Source: Polyangiaceae bacterium
GTDB taxonomy: Bacteria; Myxococcota_A; Polyangia; HGW-17; JALWFW01
NCBI GenBank assembly: GCA_027013865.1
Contig: JALWFW010000036.1
Coordinates: 21,819-58,592, forward strand
Length of the DNA: 36,774 bases
Direction: 5' to 3'
The notes below the pieces were generated by a model. The model was not told where the DNA came from. It saw only the letters and a list, made by a program, of their open reading frames with translations, and searched no databases. The translations under genes were made by a program, and so were the position numbers. Positions 9,127 to 18,110 of the stretch are shown here, one piece after another. The first letter of the stretch is position 1. Every line of letters begins with the position of its first letter.

Positions 9127-10182
9127 CTAGGCCAGAAAGTGGCGGGCAGCTATGGTGGCAACGGAAGCCCGTATGTGACGTATGCGCGGATGCCAGCGAC
9201 CCATGCGTACCCGGTTGGTGAGAAGCACGGCGCAGGTGCCAGTAGGGGGATGAATCCACAGGCTGGTTCCAGTGAATCCCAGGTGTCCCACGGTGTATTT
9301 CCTTGGAAGTTCCCCGGCAGTGGAGGTCTTTCCGGTGGGAGTATCCCAGCCCGCCGTGAAGCATCTTCCGGTGTGCTTCCACATGGACGTCATGACCTTC
9401 CTTGGAAACGGTCCGTTTCCGTGCCAGGACTGTACGAGCCCTTCGACGAGAGAGGTGACACCGCCAAGTGATGCAAAGAGACCGGCATGACCTGCTCCGG
9501 GTCCGATGAGTCTGGCGTTCTCGTCGTGGACGTGACCTGGATCTGGAGGAGAGGATGGATCCCGGTTGGAGACCACCAGTTCAGGATATACAGGCCAAAA
9601 TCCCATACATGGACCAGTAATACCGTCTATCAGCCCCAGATAGATGTTCGTCCAGTGTCTACCGACGGTTTTTTCCAGTACGTATCCCAGCAGTACGTAG
9701 CCCAGGTCACTGTAGGCTGTCTGAGTGCCTGGTGGATGGGATGCCCTAATCCGCGACAACAGTTCCGGGACTTTCTGGCTTTCTGAAGTCTCCCTGAAAA
9801 GCGGGGCCCAGGGAGGAAGTCCAGAGACATGTGCCAGAAGATGTAGGACATTGACTGGTCCGAAAGGAAACATCTTCTCGGTCCAGGGAAGGATGTCCTG
9901 AACGGGCTCTTCTGGTGACAGAAAGCCGTCGTATATGGCCAGGTGGATCATGAGGGCCGTTGTTAGGGGTTTGGTGAGGGAAGCAAGATCGTAGACAGAT
10001 GTACCGTCAACGAGGCTGCTGTCCGGAGACGTGTCGTGACGTCCTGCGTGGGACATTACCCAGAGATAATGACCGTCGCGGAGAGTGCCCACGGCTGCAC
10101 TGGCTCCTGTGTAAAGACCCGCAGCAAGTCCCCCTTTCAGTACCGAATCAAGATGACTCCTGATTTCTTCAATGTTTGTCAT
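9127..10182 (-). CDS. Serine hydrolase of the beta-lactamase/class C-like family (AmiE/YbbE-like)
   Basis: SxxK in YDLASLTK; LLAHVSGL; YSDLGY; HDENA; GHAGLF; GHLGFTGT; LLTNRV. Confidence 0.88.
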   Translation of the reverse strand: MTNIEEIRSHLDSVLKGGLAAGLYTGASAAVGTLRDGHYLWVMSHAGRHDTSPDSSLVDGTSVYDLASLTKPLTTALMIHLAIYDGFLSPEEPVQDILPWTEKMFPFGPVNVLHLLAHVSGLPPWAPLFRETSESQKVPELLSRIRASHPPGTQTAYSDLGYVLLGYVLEKTVGRHWTNIYLGLIDGITGPCMGFWPVYPELVVSNRDPSSPPDPGHVHDENARLIGPGAGHAGLFASLGGVTSLVEGLVQSWHGNGPFPRKVMTSMWKHTGRCFTAGWDTPTGKTSTAGELPRKYTVGHLGFTGTSLWIHPPTGTCAVLLTNRVRMGRWHPRIRHIRASVATIAARHFLA

Positions 10183-10207
10183 AGGTTATCAAAGGCGTGT
10201 CAGCACT

Positions 10208-10726
10208 TCATCCGAGGATGTCGTCCAAAAACTCCATGACTTCCTGAATCGAGTGTAGGGGAGCGACGACGTCCTTGCGCCTGGGATCGAGTCTGCGTCC
10301 GGCTATCTCCGCTGCAGTACCACCCGAGGGAACTAGAGCCCCTACGGGTTTTCCATACTGCCATGCGAAGGCTGCTTCGGAGAGTGTGCCTGAACCGCCG
10401 GACACCACGATGAGGGCATCGCCCATGAGTGCCACCATGGAATTGCGTGCGAAACCGACACCAGTGGGCAGGGCCACTTCCACCCACTCGTTGGCCTCGT
10501 CTTTGCTCTGACCCGGAAGAAGACCCAAGCACACGCCCATGCGGTCCGGGACGGACACGAAACCACGGCACACGGCCTCCATCACACCATCCCTACCGCC
10601 ACACAGAAGATGATATCCTGCATGGGCCAGCTTCTGCCCTAGAGTACGGGCCAGTGCTGCCACCTCTTCTGATACAGTGCCAGAGGAACCGCTCACGGAT
10701 ACTATGGGAAGACGTCTTATACTCAT
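10208..10726 (-). CDS. TIGR00725 / LOG-like Rossmann-fold protein
   Basis: Motifs CGGRDGVMEA, TGVGFARN, GGSGTLSE, KPV. Confidence 0.88.
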   Translation of the reverse strand: MSIRRLPIVSVSGSSGTVSEEVAALARTLGQKLAHAGYHLLCGGRDGVMEAVCRGFVSVPDRMGVCLGLLPGQSKDEANEWVEVALPTGVGFARNSMVALMGDALIVVSGGSGTLSEAAFAWQYGKPVGALVPSGGTAAEIAGRRLDPRRKDVVAPLHSIQEVMEFLDDILG

Positions 10727-10746
10727 CTGTTCATCTATGTTTTAGC

Positions 10747-11433
10747 TTAGTGCAGGGGATCGAGAATGCTACGCCAGTCGGAAGTGGTCTCCACTGCGGC
10801 GAATTCACGCATTATTTCCATGGTCTCGAGATCGATCACGTAGTTGGTGGGGAATCCTCCCTTGAGGTAGTCGAAGTAATAGCGGTGATCGGGATCCCAG
10901 GACATGTAGTAGTTGTCCTTGTCGTCGAGATGGCGCTGTCTAGCGAAACTATACGCTACTATGGGACTGGAATCTATGTCACTGGTAGTGGTGGTTACGA
11001 TGACTCCTAGGAAGAAGACTTTGTTTTTGTAGTCGTCGATGATCTGGGACAGGGCATTCGTCTCGTTTTGGCAGTGGGGACACCACGCAGCGAGAATGGA
11101 TAGTACCATGTAACGGTAACCCTGCTGGAGCAGGTAGACGCGAAGCTGCTGGGACGTGAAGACGTTCTCTCCAGGAGTGAGGATATTCTCCTCTATGTCA
11201 TGGTAGCCGGTTACGGCAATTTTGTCGTTGGGCAGCACGCTGTGGACTTCGACGGCATAAGGACCACAGGGATAAAGTTCAGTACCGTCGCCGCACCGGG
11301 GCAAAGACACTGACTGCTCACTGTCGGGATAATCCAAGTCTCCATTCACCACCTCGTTGGTGTAATCCTCTTCGCAGGAAGCCAGGGTTACGAGCGCTGC
11401 CAGTACTGCAGGTATGAAAATCAGTTTTTTCAT
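10747..11433 (-). CDS. TlpA/ResA-like thioredoxin-fold lipoprotein
   Basis: ATG 11433 with RBS AGGAGAGG. Lipobox LAS-C. Active site AAWCPHC. cis-Pro motif GFPTNYVID. Confidence 0.85.
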   Translation of the reverse strand: MKKLIFIPAVLAALVTLASCEEDYTNEVVNGDLDYPDSEQSVSLPRCGDGTELYPCGPYAVEVHSVLPNDKIAVTGYHDIEENILTPGENVFTSQQLRVYLLQQGYRYMVLSILAAWCPHCQNETNALSQIIDDYKNKVFFLGVIVTTTTSDIDSSPIVAYSFARQRHLDDKDNYYMSWDPDHRYYFDYLKGGFPTNYVIDLETMEIMREFAAVETTSDWRSILDPLH

Positions 11434-11444
11434 AGTACCTCTCC

Positions 11445-11473
11445 TTGACATGTCAGATGGCATCTTATAACAT
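11445..11473 (+). promoter_or_regulatory. Putative sigma70 promoter for the Cys-rich lipoprotein at 11517
   Basis: TTGACA-17 nt-TAACAT; overlaps the palindrome TGACATGTCA. Confidence 0.45.
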
Positions 11474-11516
11474 TTGACCACCTGAGAGCAAGGGATTTTC
11501 CCTGAGAGGTTGGAAC

Positions 11517-12716
11517 ATGACAAAGAAGATTCTTCTGGCATCTGTAATCCTGATGATGGCGGCTGTAGTGCTGTCAGGGTGTGGTAGCACCGATTACGAC
11601 GAGCTCGGAGCCACTTGCACCGAGAATTCAGCATGCGAGGACGTGTGCCATACTGGTTTTCCTGGTGGCGTATGCACCACTTCTTGCGATGCGGACAACC
11701 CCTGTGAGGAGGGAGTGTGTGTCACCTTCTCCGATGGAGGCTGGTGCCTTCCCGAGTGTGAGGACAACTCTGAATGCCGTGATGGCTATTCCTGCATACT
11801 CGGTGCCTGCCGTCCCGTATCCGAAGCTTCTGAGCCCTGTGATGACGGTGACGACTGCGGCACTGACCTGAGCTGTCTGGAGGGGATGTGCACCCACACC
11901 TGTTCCAGCATCCTGGACTGCGACGATATGGTGGGCACTTACTGCACGACGGATGCTTCTTCCACTGGCCTGTGGTGTCTGCCTCCCATAAGTGATCCCA
12001 ACCTGGGTGTTTCATGCTTCGTGCCTCCGGTGGAAGATGACGAGTTGGTGGGTAAGACTTCGGATGCCACGTGTGCAGAAAATTACGTGTGTTACCCGGA
12101 TCCTTCCAACATGGACGCATATTGCACCACAGCCTGCAAGACCGATCGTGACTGCCTGCCTAACATGGCCTGCCGTGAGGTAAGCACTGCCAACGGTCTC
12201 GTGAGCATGTGCGTGCGCCGTGAATACTGCGAGCCCTGCAACACCGATGACGAGTGCGGCAGCCAGTATGACAGGTGCATAGGTTCCGAACCTTCGAAAT
12301 CGAGCGAGAACTTCTGTTCCACCAACTGCGATCCCAACGAGCCTGCCACGTGTCCCACGGACAGCACTTGCAAGCAGGTCTACTTCTGCACGACCCGCAA
12401 TGCGTGGGTACCCGACTGCTCCTGGTGTGACGGAGAATGCAAGACTGACGGTCCCTCGGTTTTCGAGTGTGTACCCGATTATGGTGCCTGTACTGGCAAC
12501 GGTTCTCTGTGTTCTCCTTGCCGTACCCAGGAAGAATGCCAGAACGGAGACGGCGGCTACTGCCTGACCTCTCTGGATAACGCTTTTTGCACCAAACCGT
12601 GCACCAGTGACACCGAGTGTCCCGAGGGCTATATCTGCTACGACATCGGTGCATCACAGAAGCAGTGCATCCCTGGCAATACCTCTTGCACCAATCCCCA
12701 GGCCCCTCAGCAGTAA
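11517..12716 (+). CDS. Very Cys-rich lipoprotein (53 Cys in 399 aa by manual count)
   Basis: Lipobox LSG-C. Tandem CTxxCxxDxxCxxGxxC-type modules span the whole length. Confidence 0.85.
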   Translation: MTKKILLASVILMMAAVVLSGCGSTDYDELGATCTENSACEDVCHTGFPGGVCTTSCDADNPCEEGVCVTFSDGGWCLPECEDNSECRDGYSCILGACRPVSEASEPCDDGDDCGTDLSCLEGMCTHTCSSILDCDDMVGTYCTTDASSTGLWCLPPISDPNLGVSCFVPPVEDDELVGKTSDATCAENYVCYPDPSNMDAYCTTACKTDRDCLPNMACREVSTANGLVSMCVRREYCEPCNTDDECGSQYDRCIGSEPSKSSENFCSTNCDPNEPATCPTDSTCKQVYFCTTRNAWVPDCSWCDGECKTDGPSVFECVPDYGACTGNGSLCSPCRTQEECQNGDGGYCLTSLDNAFCTKPCTSDTECPEGYICYDIGASQKQCIPGNTSCTNPQAPQQ

Positions 12717-12950
12717 TCCGTCTCCTGTGATTCCTACCCGGCTGCCATTCTCTGGCAGCGTCCGTCCTTCCCGTCAATCGTCGTTTTGATACGTAACCAG
12801 GCCTTCAGCAGACATACTGCCGTGTCGTGCTTTTAGCCATTCTGACGTCCTAAAGTCGTCCGTATACTGCTACCAGCAGATACACGTGCAGTAAAGACGT
12901 ACGAGGGAGCTCGCTGTCGGTTAGGACGGCATGGTGATGAATATATGAGC

Positions 12951-12969
12951 TAACTTACTGATATCATTG
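12951..12969 (+). promoter_or_regulatory. Dispersed 19-bp IHF-like motif, copy
   Basis: TAACTTACTGATATCATTG at a convergent junction. Confidence 0.55.
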
Positions 12970-12996
12970 AGGTTTTTGCTGAAACTGAGACGGGTT

Positions 12997-13860
12997 TCAG
13001 GGACAACTGGGAGGCGAGGGGGGAGAGACTATCTGCAGGAATGCAAGGCCGGCCACGGGACGGAAGCCTTCCTTCTCGTAGGTTTTGAGGAACCTGACGT
13101 AATGCTCGAGGGGAACGTCCATCACCCTGTGGTGCAGGCTAGAGGCATGGCGGAAGAAGAGGCGGCCGTTGCCGTCTCTGAGAAGCAGACCCATATGCGT
13201 CACCATGAAGGGATTTCCCAGCTGGCGGGCCGCTACCACCATGGCCAGGGCAGGAGTATGCTGGGCAAGAAGCCCCCGTTGGTCGTGTATCCAGTCGATG
13301 GGTACGTAGTCGATGTGCTGCCATCCTCTCGGGGCAAGCCTCCCCATGGCTGTAAGCCGAGACTTGAATGGGTTGCGCCACCGTCCTTCGGGGCGCACGA
13401 ATCGGCGCATGCGTCTGGTTTTTAGGCCTTTTATCGGTTTTAGGTATCCCAGGGCGATATTGCCGGGAATCCAGCTGCCAGCCATGGTGAAGAAGCGGTG
13501 TGACTGCGTCACCTCGCAGCCGTGGTAACGCATGACTCGCATCCAGTTCATGACCTCGGCCGGGGTGCGTGAAAAGGACAGGGCGAGGGTCTGCTCCACC
13601 ATCGTTTCGCAGTCCACGTGACAGGGGTCGAACAGAGGGTCTGGATCCGGGCCATTCCCCTCACCAAGGGGATCGATGGCGTAGGGTGTACCCAAAAACA
13701 TGCCGGACCAGTGATCGATACGCTCTGACAGTGTTTTGTCCGCCATCTCAGCCAGTTCGGAGGAAAGTCCGTGGTAGGCCAAATAGGCTCCACCCTCACC
13801 GTGTTCGCACGGAGGCATCAGGGCATTTCCGAAAAGCAGGTACAGTGCCGCCCACCACAT
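12997..13860 (-). CDS. DUF1460 family N-acetylmuramoyl-L-alanine amidase-like protein (NlpC/P60 superfamily)
   Basis: FLGTPY; LGEG..PDPDP; VDCETMVE (catalytic Cys); VTHMG (catalytic His); FRHASS; hydrophobic N-terminus. Confidence 0.82.
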   Translation of the reverse strand: MWWAALYLLFGNALMPPCEHGEGGAYLAYHGLSSELAEMADKTLSERIDHWSGMFLGTPYAIDPLGEGNGPDPDPLFDPCHVDCETMVEQTLALSFSRTPAEVMNWMRVMRYHGCEVTQSHRFFTMAGSWIPGNIALGYLKPIKGLKTRRMRRFVRPEGRWRNPFKSRLTAMGRLAPRGWQHIDYVPIDWIHDQRGLLAQHTPALAMVVAARQLGNPFMVTHMGLLLRDGNGRLFFRHASSLHHRVMDVPLEHYVRFLKTYEKEGFRPVAGLAFLQIVSPPSPPSCP

Positions 13861-14008
13861 GAGGCACTGACTACCACCAAATCGCCTTGTATGGAAGATG
13901 CACGGTGCCCTTCTTGACAGAACTCACCTGGGATGCCTTTAATCCCTTGCCCCTTCTTATTAAATGGATATGTTTGAAGCGCCCGTGACGGGGAAAGGAG
14001 TGGTACTT

Positions 14009-15340
14009 ATGGCAAAGAAGCGTGTACTGATACTTGGAGCTGCCGGAAGGGATTTTCACAATTTCAATGTTTACTACAGGGATAACGAAGATTACGAAGT
14101 CGTGGCCTTCACTGCCACACAGATCCCCAACATAGACGGACGTCGTTATCCTGCAGCCCTGGCAGGTAAGCTCTATCCCGAGGGAATTCCCATATATCCC
14201 GAGGAAGACCTGGAGAAGCTCGTCAAGGAGCACAGCATAGACGAGGTGGTCATAGCCTACTCGGACCTGCCACATGAGACCGTGATGCACCTGGGTTCCA
14301 GGGCCACGGCCGCTGGTGCAGACTTCCGGATTCTGGGACCCGACAACACCATGGTGAAGAGTACGAAGCCCGTCATATCCATATGTGCGGTGCGTACCGG
14401 CTGCGGCAAGTCCCAGACCACCCGCTACATATCCGAGATCCTCAAGGAGCACGGCCTGAAGACCGTGGCAGTGCGTCATCCCATGCCCTACGGTGATCTC
14501 GAGAAGCAGGCTGTCCAGAGATTCGCCGATTACGAGGACATGGACAAACACGAGTGCACCATCGAGGAGCGCGAGGAATACGAGGCTCATATCGACGTGG
14601 GCAACGTGGTGTATGCAGGCGTGGATTACGAGGCCATCCTGCGTGAGGCCGAGAAAGAAGCCGACGTGGTACTGTGGGACGGCGGCAACAATGACTGGCC
14701 CTTCTACAAGGCTGATCTTGAGATCGTGGTGGCAGATCCCATGAGACCCGGCCATGAGTCGGCCTACTTCCCGGGAGAGACCAACTTCCGCAGGGCTGAC
14801 GTCATCGTCATAAACAAGACCAACACCGCTTCCGCCGAAAATGTGGAGAAGGTGAAAGAGGCCGCCCGCACCATGAATCCTGGTGCAGTGGTCATAACCG
14901 CCGCATCCGAGATAGCCGTTCCGGATCCCGAGATGGTCAGGGGCAAGCGCGTCCTGGTGGTGGAGGATGGTCCCACCCTCACTCACGGTGGCATGGACAT
15001 CGGCGCCGGTTACGTGGCCGCAAAGCAGTTCGGAGCTGCTGAGATAGTCGATCCCAGACCCTATGCAGTGGGCTCGATAAAGGGTGTCTATGAGAAGTTC
15101 TCCCAGCTTGGTCCCGTGCTGCCTGCCATGGGTTACTACGAAGATCAGCGCCGTGAACTCGAGGAGACCATCAACAGCGCAGACGTGGACGTGGTCCTTC
15201 TGGGCACACCCATCGACCTGTCTCGCATCCTGAAGGTCAACAAGCCCATGGTGCGTGTGTCCTACGAGCTCAAGGACATGGAGGAGCCCACCCTGCGAGA
15301 GCAGGTTATAGAGTGGCTTCGCAAGCATAACCTCGCGTAA
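14009..15340 (+). CDS. COG2403-type P-loop NTPase (arginine synthetase ArcE / cyclic 2,3-diphosphoglycerate synthetase-like family)
   Basis: ATG 14009 after AAGGAG. Motifs GAAGRDFHNFN, AFTATQIP, VRTGCGKSQ, RHPMPYG, TIEEREEYE, WDGGNND, VEDGPTLTHGG, LPAMGY. Confidence 0.88.
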   Translation: MAKKRVLILGAAGRDFHNFNVYYRDNEDYEVVAFTATQIPNIDGRRYPAALAGKLYPEGIPIYPEEDLEKLVKEHSIDEVVIAYSDLPHETVMHLGSRATAAGADFRILGPDNTMVKSTKPVISICAVRTGCGKSQTTRYISEILKEHGLKTVAVRHPMPYGDLEKQAVQRFADYEDMDKHECTIEEREEYEAHIDVGNVVYAGVDYEAILREAEKEADVVLWDGGNNDWPFYKADLEIVVADPMRPGHESAYFPGETNFRRADVIVINKTNTASAENVEKVKEAARTMNPGAVVITAASEIAVPDPEMVRGKRVLVVEDGPTLTHGGMDIGAGYVAAKQFGAAEIVDPRPYAVGSIKGVYEKFSQLGPVLPAMGYYEDQRRELEETINSADVDVVLLGTPIDLSRILKVNKPMVRVSYELKDMEEPTLREQVIEWLRKHNLA

Positions 15341-15512
15341 TTATTGGCATTTCTCAGATAGATTTTTCCAGCCGTCAAATCGAAGTAAAAGGTGGAATCG
15401 TACCGGAAGGCAAAATAGGTGCCGGGTGTTTGTGGCCTCACAGCCTGCGTTATCTGTCCTTGTGAAACCCGTATGATTACCCTAAAATGCACTCCCAGCG
15501 CGAGGTGAGCAA

Positions 15513-16844
15513 GTGAAGCACGAGATTCCTGAATATCCCAAGGCATTCAGAGTCAGACGTTTTTTGAACTGGTTCCCACTGGGGCTGGCCTATGCCTCCC
15601 TTTACATGGGGCGTTACAGTTACATTCCGGCAAAAGAGGATTTGAAGGCCGGTCTCATGGGTAACGAGGGCCTGGGCATCATGACTGCCGTGGGCTCCAT
15701 CGTCTACGGCGTATCCTTCCTGTTCAACGGTCCCCTCACCGACAGGATAGGCGGCAGGGCTGCCATGCTCATAGCCACCATCGGTTCGGGCGTGGTCAAC
15801 CTGCTCATGGGACTCATGCTGGCGATGAACTGGACGGACGACTTCGTCGTGAAGATGGCTATCCTCTACGGAGTGAACATGTACTTCCAGTCCTTTGCGT
15901 CGGTGGCCATCGTCAAGGTCAACTCCAACTGGTTCCACATCCACGAACGCGGTGTGTTCGGCGGCATCTTCGGCATACTCATATCATCGGGCCTGTTTCT
16001 GGCTTACACCCTAATGCCTATGATTATGATGTACTTCTTCAAGCACGCGCCGCAGTACTACTTCATAATTCCTGCCATCGTGCTGTTCATCATGTTCGCA
16101 AGCACCTGGATTCTTATCAAGGACACGCCTGCTGATGCCGGATATGATGACTTCTCCACGGGTACGGCCACCCAGTTCGATTCTGACGAGCAGATTCCCC
16201 TGAAGACGATTCTCAAGAAGATTCTCACTCATCCCGTGGTACTCACCATCGCCTTCATAGAGCTGTGCACGGGCGTGCTTCGGGATGGTGTGATTCACTG
16301 GTTCGGGGCCTGGGCGACGCATTCGGCAGTGCCGCACATCCGCGAGGCCCTTGGAATAGGCCTTTTCCTGGCGGGTGCCTTCGGCGCCATGACAGCAGGA
16401 TGGGTATCCGACAGATTTTTCAATTCCAGGCGTCCTCCGGTTGCCGGACTGCTCTACAGTGTCATGATAGCGGCCCTTACTGCGGGAGCCCTCGTCATGT
16501 ACTTCATGCCTCAGGATTCGGTGGTCAAACCCTACATCATCTATGCCATCGTCATAATCATGGCCTTCTCGGTGATCGGTACCCACGGCGTGCTGTCGGG
16601 CACGGCCAGTGCTGACTTCGGGGGTAAGCAGGCAACAGCCACGGCCACCGGAATAATCGACGGATTCGTTTATCTCGGAGTCGCCATCCAAGGGCTGTCT
16701 TTGGGTTATCTCACTGACATATCCTACAACTACTGGTTCCCGTTCCTCATACCCTTCGCCCTTATGGGACTGTATCTGAGTTCACGCATCTGGAAGGCCA
16801 AGCCCAAGATGAAGAACAACAAGCCTCAGGAAGCCAATGGCTGA
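15513..16844 (+). CDS. MFS transporter, OPA (GlpT/UhpT)-like
   Basis: About 12 hydrophobic segments. Motifs GPLTDRIGGR, WFxxxERG, DTPADAG, GWVSDRFFNSRR, ATATGIIDGFVYLG. Confidence 0.88.
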   Translation: MKHEIPEYPKAFRVRRFLNWFPLGLAYASLYMGRYSYIPAKEDLKAGLMGNEGLGIMTAVGSIVYGVSFLFNGPLTDRIGGRAAMLIATIGSGVVNLLMGLMLAMNWTDDFVVKMAILYGVNMYFQSFASVAIVKVNSNWFHIHERGVFGGIFGILISSGLFLAYTLMPMIMMYFFKHAPQYYFIIPAIVLFIMFASTWILIKDTPADAGYDDFSTGTATQFDSDEQIPLKTILKKILTHPVVLTIAFIELCTGVLRDGVIHWFGAWATHSAVPHIREALGIGLFLAGAFGAMTAGWVSDRFFNSRRPPVAGLLYSVMIAALTAGALVMYFMPQDSVVKPYIIYAIVIIMAFSVIGTHGVLSGTASADFGGKQATATATGIIDGFVYLGVAIQGLSLGYLTDISYNYWFPFLIPFALMGLYLSSRIWKAKPKMKNNKPQEANG

Positions 16845-16896
16845 ATCTTCGGTCTGACGACAGGTTACGTACAGCACGGCATTTCAGGAGAGTGTC

Positions 16897-18099
16897 ATGA
16901 AAGCAGCACTGGCGGAGTTTCTGGGTAATCAGGTTCCGTATGCAGACGTTACGTGGGGAATGATACTGGGTGCCCTGGCCGTTTTACTCCTGTCTTATCT
17001 GCTCCGTAAGTACATAGTGGAATGGATGCTGCACGGACTTGGAATGGTCGCTGCAAAGACCAAAACCAAGGCAGACGACATATTCATCGAAGCCATCCGT
17101 GGGCCTCTGCGTTTCACAGTGGTGTATTTCGGAATACTTCTGGCCATCTGGATCCTGCCCCTGGAGCGTTATCCAAGGGTCGAATCCGTGGTTTTCCACC
17201 TCTTCAGAATTGGCGGCATCATCATTTTCGCTTGGGCTGCAGTGAGATCTACGGCTGTCATAACATATCTCCTGCAGTCTCTGGCCATCAAGACGGAAAG
17301 CCTTTTGGATGACCGGCTCATTCCCTTTTTCGAGGACGTACTGGTCATTCTCATATGGATCATCGCCGGTATCATGGTCCTGCAGGACATCGGCTATGAT
17401 CCCAGCGGCATAATAGCCGGGCTGGGCCTGGGTGGACTCGCTTTTGCCTTGGCTGCCCGGGATACGCTGGCAAACTTCTTCGGTTCCCTGATGCTCATCA
17501 CGGACAAGCCCTTCAAGATAGGCGACTGGATCCAGACGGACGATGCGGACGGCAACGTCGAGGAGATTGGGTTCCGTTCTACCAAGATACGCCTCTTCGA
17601 CAAATCGGTGGTGCAAGTGCCGAATTCCAGACTTGCCAATCAGCCCATACGTAACTTCGCTCGCCGTGACCGCCGGCGCATATACTTCCATATCGGAGTC
17701 ACTTACGACACTACTCCCCTGCAGATGCGTGCAGGACTCAATGCCATCAGACAGCTCATCTTGAATAACGAGCGCATCAGGCATGACTTCTACCTCGTCA
17801 ATTTCAAGGAATTCTCGGATTCCTCCCTCAACATCATGGTCTATTGCTTTACCACCACTACGGTATGGGCCGAATATCTGGAGATATACGAGGAATTACT
17901 CCTTGGAATCATGGAAGAATTCGATAAACTCGGCATTGAGTTCGCCTTCCCGACCATGACGGTACACCTGTCCCCCGATGAGCCGGGAGAAATAGATAGG
18001 GAGGCTCAGCTTCTTGTGGAAAAACTCGGTGGCAAAACTATAAAGGATACGAGAAGGCCCTTCGAGGAATCTCCCCAGATTCCGGAAGACGACGGCTGA
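16897..18099 (+). CDS. Small-conductance mechanosensitive channel, MscS family
   Basis: Motifs GLGGLAFALAARDTLANFFGS, KPFKIGDWI, GNVEEIGFRSTKIR, VPNS, GIEFAFPT. Confidence 0.93.
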   Translation: MKAALAEFLGNQVPYADVTWGMILGALAVLLLSYLLRKYIVEWMLHGLGMVAAKTKTKADDIFIEAIRGPLRFTVVYFGILLAIWILPLERYPRVESVVFHLFRIGGIIIFAWAAVRSTAVITYLLQSLAIKTESLLDDRLIPFFEDVLVILIWIIAGIMVLQDIGYDPSGIIAGLGLGGLAFALAARDTLANFFGSLMLITDKPFKIGDWIQTDDADGNVEEIGFRSTKIRLFDKSVVQVPNSRLANQPIRNFARRDRRRIYFHIGVTYDTTPLQMRAGLNAIRQLILNNERIRHDFYLVNFKEFSDSSLNIMVYCFTTTTVWAEYLEIYEELLLGIMEEFDKLGIEFAFPTMTVHLSPDEPGEIDREAQLLVEKLGGKTIKDTRRPFEESPQIPEDDG

Positions 18100-18110
18100 C
18101 GGAGATAGCG

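Noticed and set aside
9127-10182. Antibiotic-resistance beta-lactamase
   Set aside because: No signal peptide; it has YSD and HLG rather than YxN and KTG, which fits the wider serine hydrolase/amidase family.
7755-12716. Multiheme cytochromes or TraA-type kin-recognition receptor among the Cys-rich proteins
   Set aside because: No CxxCH heme motifs, and no PA14-like domain, MYXO-CTERM tail or adjacent OmpA-type traB gene recognised.
12741-12759. Hairpin GCTGCCA/TGGCAGC as an intrinsic terminator
   Set aside because: No U-tract on either side, so not called.
13871-15328. 485-aa antisense ORF
   Set aside because: A shadow of the well-conserved plus-strand ATPase gene, with no recognisable motifs. 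The same applies to other long antisense ORFs (5928-6638, 16984-17784, 18132-18884, 19782-20507, 29970-30794).
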